A stretch of DNA of 52,334 nt from positions 1 to 52,334 of the IMG/VR virus record IMGVR_UViG_3300021356_000025. One strand, 5' to 3'. A program made the position numbers and the translations under genes. The notes under the pieces were generated by a model. That model was not told where the DNA came from and searched no databases. It saw only the letters and a list, made by a program, of their open reading frames with translations. Below are positions 34,139-43,694 of the stretch, one piece after another (position 1 is the stretch's first letter; the number at the start of each line of letters is the position of its first letter). This DNA is from a virus (taxonomy: Duplodnaviria; Caudoviricetes).

Positions 34139-34609
34139 CTAATTAAGGGGATTTGATAGATAATCCATACCATCCCATAAATCTTGTATCTCCCTAGTTA
34201 TCTTGTCTAGGTCGTACTTACCCAAATCACCGGCTGCTCGTTCTGCTTTGTCTACAGTTGTCTGCATTTGGATGACTTGTTCTTTGAGTTCTTTAACTTC
34301 GTTTTTGATTTCCAGTAGCTTCTCTTGCTGTTCGGCTATGGTTTTAAGATTTACGCCTAGTTCAGCTAGTTTGCCCTGCAACTTTGGGACGTCATTATCA
34401 GTAAGTTGTGTTTCTATAAGGGCTACTTGTTCAGTTAATGGAACAATATTCGGTATTTTTCTAGCCTCAACGCCCTCTAAACGAGAATACAGGCTACTAG
34501 CTGTCCACACGGTGCCACCAATACTGGTGCCAATCGTTAGCACTATTGCGATCCACACACCCTTGAAGCTGGTGTTTCCTATCTTTAATTCAGTATTTTC
34601 TAGGCTCAT
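34139..34609 (-). CDS. Membrane-anchored coiled-coil protein
   Basis: N-terminal TM (VWIAIVLTIGTSIGGTVW), long heptad region, ends NPLN. Confidence 0.7.
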   Translation of the reverse strand: MSLENTELKIGNTSFKGVWIAIVLTIGTSIGGTVWTASSLYSRLEGVEARKIPNIVPLTEQVALIETQLTDNDVPKLQGKLAELGVNLKTIAEQQEKLLEIKNEVKELKEQVIQMQTTVDKAERAAGDLGKYDLDKITREIQDLWDGMDYLSNPLN

Positions 34610-35442
34610 TCACATTCCCCGTTCATAAAGCAGTTATACCCGTTAGCAGTCGGGCCTGTTAGGTAGTAACCCGAGTCAGATCCTATAGCCAGTACATCTG
34701 CTTCACTAACGTATAGGTCTAGCCCGAAGCCATCATTACCGTTTAGAAATACAGCAGTAGCATTATTAGTGCTAGCCCATTGCATGCTTACCCATTGCTG
34801 GTTAGCACTGTATGTAACTGTAGCTTGTTCTGCTGTCGTATTATTGTTCTCTGCCCCCTGCTCTAGAAAGCCCACCGCGTCTGCGTTTGCGGCTACTGCA
34901 ATGTATGCGCTTGCGGCGTTCGCGTGTGTTTCAATATCGTCGAGAGACTGGTTGTACGTATCGACTTCTTGTTGATCAATAGTTAGCACCTCTGCATTAG
35001 CTACTACGAAGTCTTGTACAGCTGCTTCTTCGTCTGGGCTAGATGCGTCTTCTGCCATCTCAGCAACCTGTACTACCTGTACCATGTCAACCACAACTTC
35101 TGTAAACGTATCGACAGCGGCGTCCATAAGATCTAGCTCTTGCATCGCTTTCTCGTTAAGGACATCTTGTACAGAACCGTACGGCAGATACGTGCTCATA
35201 CCTGACAACGCATTGTTGTAAGCGTCTAGTTGTTCTGTGCTAATGTGAGCGCTAGATGACAGGGTGCCATCTGACAGGCCTGTGCCTGTGTAGGAATACT
35301 CCATAGCCGCTCCAGTAAGAATGATCCCGCGATCAATCTGGTCTACTAAAGCGCTAGAAGCGTCAATTAAATTATCTAGTTCATTTGAGTGAGCTGCGGA
35401 ACTTATCGCTAACAGACTCATTATCATCAGTTTGTTCTTCAT
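34606..35442 (-). CDS. Secreted acidic protein with signal peptide
   Basis: MKNKLMIMSLLAISSAAHS|NELD; almost no Lys/Arg in the mature part; C-terminal CxxxxxC. Confidence 0.7.
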   Translation of the reverse strand: MKNKLMIMSLLAISSAAHSNELDNLIDASSALVDQIDRGIILTGAAMEYSYTGTGLSDGTLSSSAHISTEQLDAYNNALSGMSTYLPYGSVQDVLNEKAMQELDLMDAAVDTFTEVVVDMVQVVQVAEMAEDASSPDEEAAVQDFVVANAEVLTIDQQEVDTYNQSLDDIETHANAASAYIAVAANADAVGFLEQGAENNNTTAEQATVTYSANQQWVSMQWASTNNATAVFLNGNDGFGLDLYVSEADVLAIGSDSGYYLTGPTANGYNCFMNGECE

Positions 35443-36034
35443 CGGATTCGACACCTATACCAAGTACTGCATTAAACCAAAGCTGGGTCTCTGTATACTT
35501 TCTACGTACCTTGCCGTAAGCGGGTATAAACAATGAAGGGTTACTCTTCATTAGAAAGTAAGCTCGTTTCCCAACAACCAGTCTGCCACCCTGTTGTACT
35601 GGGCAGGGCGTTCCTGACATAAACATCGATTTCCACACGATTTCGTCCTCGCACATCCTCGCTACAGCTGCGACCTTCATACCTAGATCCGATAGAAGTT
35701 TTGCATCTCTCCTCCTATCGCAGTTCGGATCAACTTCATACTCACCGCTAGATATACCAACTCCGACAGTCTGAAGCGAACCGCCGGAGCCTTTTAAACA
35801 GGTGTCCATACCATTGCTCATGTAGGTAGGACTAATCGCACTACCTACAGGCATCTCACTAGACGAACCCGCACCGTTATAGTGGTTGGTCGTACTAGTA
35901 TCTGTAGTAGTATTATTACTACTAACAGTAGAGTCATTGTTATACGTGTTGAGACTGCCTTCTTGACTATTAGCACCCTCATCAGCGAATGCCCCGACTG
36001 ACAAACAGACGAGGGCTATGGCAATCCGTTTCAT
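35381..36034 (-). CDS. Secreted Cys-containing protein with signal peptide (start revised to 36034)
   Basis: MKRIAIALVCLSVGAFA|D; SA.SP..M....C...SG..Q..G.G.S.G....D..C...GMKVAAVA.MC...GTPCP. Confidence 0.7.
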   Translation of the reverse strand: MKRIAIALVCLSVGAFADEGANSQEGSLNTYNNDSTVSSNNTTTDTSTTNHYNGAGSSSEMPVGSAISPTYMSNGMDTCLKGSGGSLQTVGVGISSGEYEVDPNCDRRRDAKLLSDLGMKVAAVARMCEDEIVWKSMFMSGTPCPVQQGGRLVVGKRAYFLMKSNPSLFIPAYGKVRRKYTETQLWFNAVLGIGVESDEEQTDDNESVSDKFRSSLK

Positions 36035-36035
36035 A

Positions 36036-36431
36036 CTATCTATACCTTGCTGTTTTCTTAGCAACCTTTTTAGGCTGCTTACTAAACTGCTTCCCTTTTT
36101 TAGTGTCAGCTCGTTTCTTGCGGGACGTAGCGGCATATTCCTTCTTGGAAAGGGCTTCTCTAGCCTTCTTGGGTAGATATCTTTCGCCTGTAGCCTTTGG
36201 ACCCTGAGTACTGTTCTTTCCTGACTTAGTACCCCACTTTTCTTTTGTCCACTTAGTCAAAGACTTTTGAGCCTTTGTCTTAGAACCGGTATAGCCACCG
36301 CCCGATTTTTTGTACCGTTGAGTGGCAAGTTGTGCTTTCCTAGCACTCCATTGACCGGGTTTACCGCCTTTAGAACCAGCTTTTACTGCTGATACTATAC
36401 GCTTCCACTTGGCTTCGTCAGTACGGGCCAT
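36036..36431 (-). CDS. Highly basic conserved phage protein (DUF5872-like)
   Basis: GGKPGQWSARKAQL, GGGY, L.KWT.E.W.T, RYLP. Confidence 0.75.
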   Translation of the reverse strand: MARTDEAKWKRIVSAVKAGSKGGKPGQWSARKAQLATQRYKKSGGGYTGSKTKAQKSLTKWTKEKWGTKSGKNSTQGPKATGERYLPKKAREALSKKEYAATSRKKRADTKKGKQFSKQPKKVAKKTARYR

Positions 36432-36544
36432 TAGTAGCCTTTTTTCTTCTTAACTACTTTTTTGCCTGTCTTTTTAGCAGCTTTTTTAGCCGCTGTTTTG
36501 CCAGCTTTTGTGTATGGGAACTTCTTTTTACCTACCATTGGCAT
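36431..36544 (-). CDS. Lys-rich histone-H1-like peptide (37 aa, not in the ORF track)
   Basis: GAGG RBS; MPMVGKKKFPYTKAGKTAAKKAAKKTGKKVVKKKKGY*; TAATG coupling to the next gene. Confidence 0.75.
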   Translation of the reverse strand: MPMVGKKKFPYTKAGKTAAKKAAKKTGKKVVKKKKGY

Positions 36545-36556
36545 AACAAATACCTC

Positions 36557-36844
36557 TTACCATTTGACTTTATGAGACCAATAACGTGCTGATAGCTTAG
36601 ATGGGCTGCTATCTTGAGCATTGTGTCTCGCGTAATAGCTCTTTTTACGAGCTTTATCTTTCGCCGTCTTGGGATTTTTGCCTGCTCCTTTAACACCTTG
36701 CTGGCCGAAACGGATCGTCTTGATCTGATCACCCTGTTTAGCTACCACTACATGACTCTTAGTAGGGTGACTAGGTGTTCTCTTCGGTTTATTATAGCCC
36801 GAAACTCCGGCTCGGGCTAATCGTGGGTCTTTTTTAGCTGGCAT
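36557..36844 (-). CDS. Highly basic conserved phage protein
   Basis: NKPKRTP.H..KSH.V, IRFGQQG, SY.ARH, SA.YWS...W. Confidence 0.75.
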   Translation of the reverse strand: MPAKKDPRLARAGVSGYNKPKRTPSHPTKSHVVVAKQGDQIKTIRFGQQGVKGAGKNPKTAKDKARKKSYYARHNAQDSSPSKLSARYWSHKVKW

Positions 36845-36854
36845 ATATCACCTC

Positions 36855-37886
36855 TTAGAGGATGTCTCCTCGTAAACGTTTAAGGGTAGCTTCAGGAAGC
36901 GCATCGAACTCTTCTTCCGTCATGTTACTAAGGTCATACTGGCTTTCGCCTTTCGCAGAAGAGCTTTCTCCCGGCATCTCTGGCGGTTGTGAATCGGCAG
37001 CTTTTAGTTTGCGTGATACTTCTTTACGCTTCTTAGCTACTTCATCGACAGCGTTAGCTGTGCTTGCTAGTGATGGAGCTTCTTCATTCTGTACTAGATC
37101 ATATTCACGCACAACGAATCTGGCTGCTTTAGACAATGCTGCAACTGCGTTTTCGCCTTTCATCATAAAGGCATCACGTAATTCTACAACTTCATTAGTT
37201 AAAGATTCATCGAACTGATCAGACGCTTTGTTGAACTGTGGGAACGCGCTCTCTAGCTCAGTAGCAGCTTGTTGTAGAGCAGTAGCTTCTCTGTTCTGAG
37301 ATACTGTTTGAGACATCTTCTGAGTCATTTCAAACTCAATCTGTGCTCTTTCAGCTTTACGTATCTCAGTTCTAATTGAGGTTGCCTTTTCTACTTCACC
37401 GTCAAGCAAAGCATTTTGATACTCAACTTCTTTAGCAGCGAAGTCATACTCTTCAGGGGCTTCGTCCTCTGCCGCCTGTACAGCTTTCATATCTTCAAGT
37501 TGCTTCTGCAACTCTTTCTGTTTAGCTAGTACTTCGTCCAGTCTAGACTTAGGAACCATAGGCTTCTTAGACTTGGGCTCAGCGGGCTTCTCTTCTACCT
37601 CTGGCTCAGGTTCTGGCTCAGGTTCTTTTAGAGCTTCCGGCTCTTCCTCAGACTCTGCTTCAGGTTCAACATCTTCTGCAGGCTCCTCGGTCTCTTCTTC
37701 GGCCACAACTTCTTCGGATTCTTCGGCAACAGTCTCTTCAACAGTTTCCTCCTCTTTAGCTTCTGGCTCTGGCTCGTCTGGGAAACTTAGATCGATGGGG
37801 GGTGTATCATCCTCTTCGATTGGATCAGCTCCCGGCATTACATCGAAAGTCGTTGTGTTTACGTTTTCGTCTTTATCGTCACTCAT
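36855..37886 (-). CDS. Capsid scaffolding protein
   Basis: Acidic E/P-rich N-terminus, VPKSR.DEV, coiled coil, MTEEEFDALP C-terminus; follows the portal. Confidence 0.75.
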   Translation of the reverse strand: MSDDKDENVNTTTFDVMPGADPIEEDDTPPIDLSFPDEPEPEAKEEETVEETVAEESEEVVAEEETEEPAEDVEPEAESEEEPEALKEPEPEPEPEVEEKPAEPKSKKPMVPKSRLDEVLAKQKELQKQLEDMKAVQAAEDEAPEEYDFAAKEVEYQNALLDGEVEKATSIRTEIRKAERAQIEFEMTQKMSQTVSQNREATALQQAATELESAFPQFNKASDQFDESLTNEVVELRDAFMMKGENAVAALSKAARFVVREYDLVQNEEAPSLASTANAVDEVAKKRKEVSRKLKAADSQPPEMPGESSSAKGESQYDLSNMTEEEFDALPEATLKRLRGDIL

Positions 37887-37895
37887 ATCAATATC

Positions 37896-40037
37896 CTATT
37901 GGTTGTTAGTGGGCCTAATGTTAGGTATGTCCACCTGTTGGGGTTTAACTGCTTCTTTCTTTGCGGCAGTCTGCATAGCAGTTGCAGCAATACGGGTTGC
38001 AGCATTAGTTTGGGATTGATTCGTTCTAGTCTGATTAGTTAGAGCGGCAAGTTCTCTACGTAGATCTAGCTCTTGCTGCTTCATGCCAATCTTAGCTTGT
38101 AGCTCTTGCATACGGATCTGCGGATTAGTAACTTCTGCACTCTGTACTTTAGAGATATTGACAGCCGCTTCTGATTGTAGCTTCTGAACTTCTGCTTGCA
38201 TCTTAGCTAGTTCTAACTGTACTTGCTGCATCTGTATCTCTTGTTGTGCAGCTGCTGCTTGCATCTGTTCTTCAGACTGCTCTACGCCAGTCAACATACG
38301 AATGCGTTTAGCTAGCTCACCTTTTCTAGCTAGATGTGAGTACTCAATGATTGCATCATCTGGAATAGCTACGCCGACTTGACGTAAGTTAAGTGCTTCC
38401 GCGAATTGAACTTCATCGAAGCTATCACGAGCTGGGGCAGTAGCAATAACTACATCGTACTCACCAAGAGTAAGATCATTAATAATAGTGCCTTCAGGAG
38501 TCATCTGATTGACGACCATTTCTTCGCGTGGCTTCATAGGATCATCTTCGTTAGTAACCTGAATAACGCGTTGCTCCGTGTAGAACCCTTGAATAAGGTC
38601 GAGTACACGTTCTGCTAGATACTGGCGTGACTTACGCAAGTTATCTAGAGGTACTTGAATCATTATTGCGCCACGATTCTGCTTGGCTTGGATAGCTACG
38701 CCAGATACTTCCGCACTATCTGTACCTAACATAGAATCGTTGATACCTGAGATAGATTGAATGTTAGCCTGCGCTTTCATCGCAATACGATCAAGGCCAC
38801 TTGGGATCTGGTTGGGTTGTATCTTAGACGGTGGGTTGGAGCCTCTGTTATATTCAAGAACAAGGCCTGTCTCTGCACCATGCTCCTCGAGGTCATCCGC
38901 TGTCATACCAACTAACGAGCCTGACTCTACCATCCAACCTGAGTTAGCTGTGGTGTTAACAATGTGTAGTTCTTGTGAAGCAATCTTGTTTAGCTGCTCT
39001 TGTGGGCTCAACAAGTTACGAATCATACCAAACGGACGCCCTCGTCTAAAGTAGGCGAAGTATGGAACAATTGTGAAGTCGTGATAAGGAGACCAATCGT
39101 CGTGCAGTACAACGTGGTCACATGTTACAGTCCAACGAACTTTCTTTATCATTTTACTGATAATGTTCAGACCGTACTGTTTAGCGAACTTTTTCTTCTT
39201 ACTATCAGACCAAGTCGAAGGAGCGTGTCGTTGATCGCCTGTGTTTGGGTCTACATAGAAGTCGCATCTGCTAAGCTTCTTATGTTGACGTTCAATTACT
39301 CGAAGTGAGCGTACGTTGCGATACTCATCGTCCCCCGGAACCTGTGCCCCGAAGTAATCATCTTCTTGATCGCCGAAACGGTTCTCAAAATACTCAACAG
39401 AATCCCTGCCAAAAGTATTACCGTTCTCTGCTATAAATCTTAACTCTTCTGCTTTCTTTTTGCCATAAAGTTCTTCAATTTCATCAAGAGTCATCCACTT
39501 AGTTTCGAACACTTCGTTCCAGTTCTTGGGATCAGCGTCTTTAGCATCTGGATCGATGAGAATGTCTAGTGGGTCTTTGGCAGTGATTCGTATCTCACCT
39601 TCAACGTGGTCAGAGAAGTCCATGCGTACATCAAAGTAACCACGGCCATCTAGTATCAGACCGTCGCTAAATACTTGCTGTTCTACCCAATCGAGCTTGT
39701 TGTTATCTGCAATCTGCATGTATAACTTAGTAAGGGTATGTGCTACTTCTTCGTCGCCACCTCTTCGTGGTTTGAACTTAACGTCAGCTCTTCGTGATGA
39801 CTGTTCACCGAGTACAGTATTAATAGTAGGAAGAACTGTGTTAATAGTAAGGGCTGGACGACCCTCTGATTCTAGCGCCATTCTATCGTAGTCATCCCAT
39901 TGATCACCTCGATAGTAGGCATCACATTTTTGTGCCATCTCGATGTAATCTATATGGCCGTTATCTCTAGCCCGTTCGTATCTGTCCCATTGCGCTCGTG
40001 CTATTTCTTGCTGTTTGGCAGAACTTAGCTTCTTCAT
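37896..40037 (-). CDS. Portal protein (P22-like)
   Basis: YY.G.QW, RP.LTIN, DG...G.G, Q..LNK, SG.AI...Q, Q-rich C-terminal barrel. Confidence 0.9.
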   Translation of the reverse strand: MKKLSSAKQQEIARAQWDRYERARDNGHIDYIEMAQKCDAYYRGDQWDDYDRMALESEGRPALTINTVLPTINTVLGEQSSRRADVKFKPRRGGDEEVAHTLTKLYMQIADNNKLDWVEQQVFSDGLILDGRGYFDVRMDFSDHVEGEIRITAKDPLDILIDPDAKDADPKNWNEVFETKWMTLDEIEELYGKKKAEELRFIAENGNTFGRDSVEYFENRFGDQEDDYFGAQVPGDDEYRNVRSLRVIERQHKKLSRCDFYVDPNTGDQRHAPSTWSDSKKKKFAKQYGLNIISKMIKKVRWTVTCDHVVLHDDWSPYHDFTIVPYFAYFRRGRPFGMIRNLLSPQEQLNKIASQELHIVNTTANSGWMVESGSLVGMTADDLEEHGAETGLVLEYNRGSNPPSKIQPNQIPSGLDRIAMKAQANIQSISGINDSMLGTDSAEVSGVAIQAKQNRGAIMIQVPLDNLRKSRQYLAERVLDLIQGFYTEQRVIQVTNEDDPMKPREEMVVNQMTPEGTIINDLTLGEYDVVIATAPARDSFDEVQFAEALNLRQVGVAIPDDAIIEYSHLARKGELAKRIRMLTGVEQSEEQMQAAAAQQEIQMQQVQLELAKMQAEVQKLQSEAAVNISKVQSAEVTNPQIRMQELQAKIGMKQQELDLRRELAALTNQTRTNQSQTNAATRIAATAMQTAAKKEAVKPQQVDIPNIRPTNNQ

Positions 40038-40039
40038 AT

Positions 40040-41686
40040 TTATGCACTCATCGGTGATTTATCTCGTTTTGTTTTAAACATGTGAGGTAGTTTGTCTCTC
40101 CAAGACGGTTGATAAGCCTGTGCTGGTGCTTCATAAGTAGCAAACTCAGTCATCATTAAACCAATCCACGCTAACGCATCTACCTGATCATCATGTATAC
40201 CATTTGGGAATCGCAGTAGTTCGGCCACAAGTGGGCCTGTAAACTGTTCTTCTCTAGGCAAATATACCATGCCCTGTTGCATACGGCCTTGTATTGCTCG
40301 CGCTCGAGCTTCTTTATCCCTTCGTCCAGTTTTTAAATCTTTGAAATACGCTTCGTGTAACCCTCGTTCACGTACGCGTTTTTCCAAGAACGGGCCTAGT
40401 GCCATCTCAATATGGCCTTTCTCAATACCTATTATAGAAGGTCGCCATTCTTCGTAGAGATCGAGTATCCTTTCTACAATCTCAAAACCGTCGTACTTAC
40501 CTCTTACTACGTCTACAACATACAGGTTATCTTCGGCATCTACCCCAATAACCATACCTACTGTGTAGTCATTGCGATCTCGTTTACCAATCGCCAAATC
40601 CCACGCGCAGTAGTAACGCATCTCGTCAAGGTCCACATCTTCGTAGTCGAAGTATTGAATCATGTCCCTTGTAAAATAATCACCATCATCAGCAACTGGG
40701 TTCTGCTGATAAAGAGCTGACCAATCTCGAGGGCCAACTGCTTTCTCAATTCTCTTTAGGGCTTCTTCGTCGTAGCGTTCTCTATGTAACGCTTCGCCTG
40801 CTTTTCGAAACTCTTCATCAACTTCAGCTCTTGCTGGGTAGTTGACAACTTCCCATTGTTCGCCGTTATTGTCCGCTGCCTTGAGCAACCGCCCAGCCAA
40901 ATCGTCGTCGTGCCAACGGGTGAGAATGACGAGCACTCCACCGCCCGGGGCGAGACGGGTATACGCTGTTGATGTGTACCAGTCCCACGTACTGTCTCTA
41001 GCGTTTTGACTTTCAGCATCATCCCTATTCTTTACCGGATCATCGATAACAAGGATATGGGCGCCTTTACCTGTTATGCCCCCGCCAACACCAGCAGCAA
41101 CAAAACCACCACCAGTACTAGTAAGCCAAGCTTCCGCTGATTGGCTGTCTGGGTCAAGTCTAGTTTTGAACGCAGTTTTGTAAGTTGGCTCACGCAAGAG
41201 TTGACGTACTTTACGACTGAATCCCATAGCGAGCGAGCCTGAGTACGAACAGCTAATAAACTCGTGTTCAGGGTGGCGACCAAGGTGCCAAGCTGGGAAA
41301 GCAACTGAAGCAAGCGTGCTTTTACCATGTCTAGGCGGCATAAAGAGCATAAGCCTTGGAGACTTTTTCTCAGCAACGTCTTTAGAGAATTGCTCAAGCC
41401 TGTTACAAATGTCTTTGTGGACCCAGCCGGCTTGGTATTCTGGATTGAATCGCTCAACGAAAGGGAGTAATCTTTTCCTTGTGAGGAACCTGAGCGCGAG
41501 TTCTGCTTTTGCTTTTTCTTCAACTGAAACCTCCTCTGCCGTAATGACAGGTTGTTCAACGTCAATTGGTGTTGGTAACGCTTCTGCATAGTCTGCTTTA
41601 CAATAAACGCAGACGTCGTCTTCTCCAGAATATAAAGTCTCTGGATGTAACTTCTTACAACGTATGCAAGTTTTCTTTTCTACCAC
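40040..41686 (-). CDS. terL: Terminase large subunit
   Basis: MPPRHGKS, ITGKGA, IDDP.K, TRWH.DDL, LYQQ.P, WDLA, FPNG.HDDQVDA. Confidence 0.95.
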   Translation of the reverse strand: MVEKKTCIRCKKLHPETLYSGEDDVCVYCKADYAEALPTPIDVEQPVITAEEVSVEEKAKAELALRFLTRKRLLPFVERFNPEYQAGWVHKDICNRLEQFSKDVAEKKSPRLMLFMPPRHGKSTLASVAFPAWHLGRHPEHEFISCSYSGSLAMGFSRKVRQLLREPTYKTAFKTRLDPDSQSAEAWLTSTGGGFVAAGVGGGITGKGAHILVIDDPVKNRDDAESQNARDSTWDWYTSTAYTRLAPGGGVLVILTRWHDDDLAGRLLKAADNNGEQWEVVNYPARAEVDEEFRKAGEALHRERYDEEALKRIEKAVGPRDWSALYQQNPVADDGDYFTRDMIQYFDYEDVDLDEMRYYCAWDLAIGKRDRNDYTVGMVIGVDAEDNLYVVDVVRGKYDGFEIVERILDLYEEWRPSIIGIEKGHIEMALGPFLEKRVRERGLHEAYFKDLKTGRRDKEARARAIQGRMQQGMVYLPREEQFTGPLVAELLRFPNGIHDDQVDALAWIGLMMTEFATYEAPAQAYQPSWRDKLPHMFKTKRDKSPMSA

Positions 41687-41688
41687 TA

Positions 41689-41856
41689 CTAATCTTTCGG
41701 TACTGGCGCTGTATATACTTTACGGTTGCGGCTTTTGTGTTGAGCCTGCATTATCTTTAAGAACTCTTGCTCAGCTTTCTTACGTTTAGCTGCACCTTCT
41801 TTAGTTCTCTTAGTTATTAAACTGCCTTTATCGTCTTTGCTATTTGCGTACATCAT
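41689..41856 (-). CDS. Small basic hypothetical protein (55 aa, not in the ORF track)
   Basis: MMYANSKDDKG...VYTAPVPKD* fills the TerS-TerL gap. Confidence 0.5.
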   Translation of the reverse strand: MMYANSKDDKGSLITKRTKEGAAKRKKAEQEFLKIMQAQHKSRNRKVYTAPVPKD

Positions 41857-41859
41857 TAT

Positions 41860-42399
41860 TTATCCCTCTGGTTCTAAATAAGTAGTGTCTTTACCCGCTA
41901 TTTCTAGCAGCTCTTCGTCTGTTAGTCGCTCTAGCTGTTTTGCTGTAGCGTTTAGGTTGACATTTACCTGTACTGCATTATCTGGGGCAGTTAAACCATG
42001 TAATTTAACCAGAGAATCCACCGTATTTTTCATTTCGGTGGCTGTAGCAGAGGAATTATACGCCTCCATGTACATAGCATGCGCGTTTGTGCGTTCGAAC
42101 TTTACTTCTTCGCGCATTTGTTCTCTAAAATACTGTAACGCAGTCTGGACATCTGGCTTTTTGGAGGCTTCAAGCGCTGTTTTGTAGCTTGCATAGCCTG
42201 CACCACGACCAGCTGCCGCGATTGTCATGCCACTAGCGATCAACATCACTAGTTTTTCTTGCTGTACTGTTAACGCACTAAGCGAAAGTCCCATGTAAGG
42301 TACATGAGACTGGAATTCTGTCCTAGCAGATACAGCATTAGTGGACGATTCTGAGACCGCCTCGTCGTTTTTCACTAAGTTCACCGCCAAGTTCTTCAT
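41860..42399 (-). CDS. terS: Putative terminase small subunit (start uncertain)
   Basis: LT.QQEK...G.TIAAA...AGY HTH; L.KLHGL; LTDEELL; upstream of terL. Confidence 0.65.
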   Translation of the reverse strand: MKNLAVNLVKNDEAVSESSTNAVSARTEFQSHVPYMGLSLSALTVQQEKLVMLIASGMTIAAAGRGAGYASYKTALEASKKPDVQTALQYFREQMREEVKFERTNAHAMYMEAYNSSATATEMKNTVDSLVKLHGLTAPDNAVQVNVNLNATAKQLERLTDEELLEIAGKDTTYLEPEG

Positions 42400-42613
42400 C
42401 TAGGAACACAAAAACAGGTGCGTCTTCGCCTAATTCGTCAAATCCGCAACTTACTAAAAAAGGATACAGCGCATCGTCACCATACCCCGCATCAAAAAGT
42501 ATTCTTTCCGCTTTATCAGCGTCATACACTAACACTTCTTTGCCTCCTTTTAACAAAGCTGTACCAAGTACGGCTTTATCGAGGCCTTCAATTGCTACCA
42601 TAGAGATTTCCAT
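42338..42613 (-). CDS. Conserved hypothetical phage protein
   Basis: EGLD.A.LG...VYD...GE.APVFV. Confidence 0.6.
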   Translation of the reverse strand: MEISMVAIEGLDKAVLGTALLKGGKEVLVYDADKAERILFDAGYGDDALYPFLVSCGFDELGEDAPVFVFLDEELGGELSEKRRGGLRIVH

Positions 42614-42637
42614 AATGAATCTTATCCCAACTTCTAA

Positions 42638-43099
42638 TTAATCGCAAGAATGTTCAGCTATAGTCTTAATCCACCAATAAAACATGTCGATTTGAAGACT
42701 ATGTCTTAAGATATTAACACGGTAACAAACTAAGTGTATATTATGTGGCTCATATCCTTGATTTTGGTCTATTCTATCTATGGATGCGTTAAACTCTTTT
42801 TTACCGGAGCCATCTCTATGGTGAGTCATAGCAACCCCCGACAGTGCGCACTTACCGTCTTGCTTTTCCCACAGATCTATCAGGTGCTCCAACTCAACGT
42901 TGAACTCCATTGTTTTACTGCGACTGCTTTTTGCGCTTTGGAGAAGTTTATTTAGGTATTCTTGATAGGTACTTGACCATTTTTTGCGACGGCTAGCCTC
43001 TACACACTTTTTACATGTGTTTCGCAGAGCGCCCTCTGACATATTGTACTCCGTTACAGGGCGGTCTATGTTGCAAACTGCGCACCGTTTATGATCCAT
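42638..43099 (-). CDS. Zn-finger/HNH-type (His-Me) endonuclease (start revised to 43099)
   Basis: CAVC..CKKC; W..Q.GKCALSG; SIDRID...GY...N..LVC..VN. Confidence 0.75.
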   Translation of the reverse strand: MDHKRCAVCNIDRPVTEYNMSEGALRNTCKKCVEASRRKKWSSTYQEYLNKLLQSAKSSRSKTMEFNVELEHLIDLWEKQDGKCALSGVAMTHHRDGSGKKEFNASIDRIDQNQGYEPHNIHLVCYRVNILRHSLQIDMFYWWIKTIAEHSCD

Positions 43100-43127
43100 G
43101 CGCTTAACTATACACGTATAAATCGGT

Positions 43128-43240
43128 TTTGCTAATTTTTTGCGAAAAAATTTTTCAGAAAAAAAAATTTGAAAATTTATTTCTGAATCGCTCACTCACT
43201 ATCTCCCCTCTCGGGTGCGCACCGTCCCCCAACCCCGGAC
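43128..43240. other. A/T-tract block plus C-rich block at the late/early divergence, candidate packaging site
   Basis: AATTTTTTGCGAAAAAATTTTTCAGAAAAAAAAATTTGAAAATTT followed by several CCCC runs; non-coding. Confidence 0.35.
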
Positions 43241-43475
43241 TCCGACATTGGAACCTTGTATCGAACTTGCTTCACGGAACCTTGTCCATCAGTAACCCCT
43301 TGGTTTTAAACTTCGCTCCTCACGTCGCTCGTTGTCAGTGTGTCTTATGAATTTATTATAGGACTACTTGTCATGATCAAACTAACTATCTTAAACGCTT
43401 TTATCCTTGCACTCTCTACTATCTCATTGGGTGCTCACGCTTTACTTATATCTATTTATTACTAGGAGAAACATC

Positions 43476-43694
43476 ATGAAACTATCTAAAAATCTAGCTT
43501 CTTATGCTCTATCAGCTATCAATGCTACTGAATCAGTCGCTTCTAAAGCTACTACTTATGCCAAAACTAAACTTGAGGAACACTCTAAATCTCCCTCTCT
43601 TCAAGAACAGCTTGAACTCTTCGTTGACAAATCAGGTATCGACAAAGAACAAGCCCGTAAATGGCTCAAAGAATCTAACCTCCCATGGAAATAA
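43476..43694 (+). CDS. Hypothetical early protein (72 aa)
   Basis: AGGAG RBS before ATG 43476. Confidence 0.65.
   Translation: MKLSKNLASYALSAINATESVASKATTYAKTKLEEHSKSPSLQEQLELFVDKSGIDKEQARKWLKESNLPWK

Noticed and set aside
7853-42955. Numerous + strand ORFs antisense to the structural operon
   Set aside because: They are shadow ORFs of long minus-strand genes with biased codon usage: Ser/Leu-rich and without recognisable motifs.
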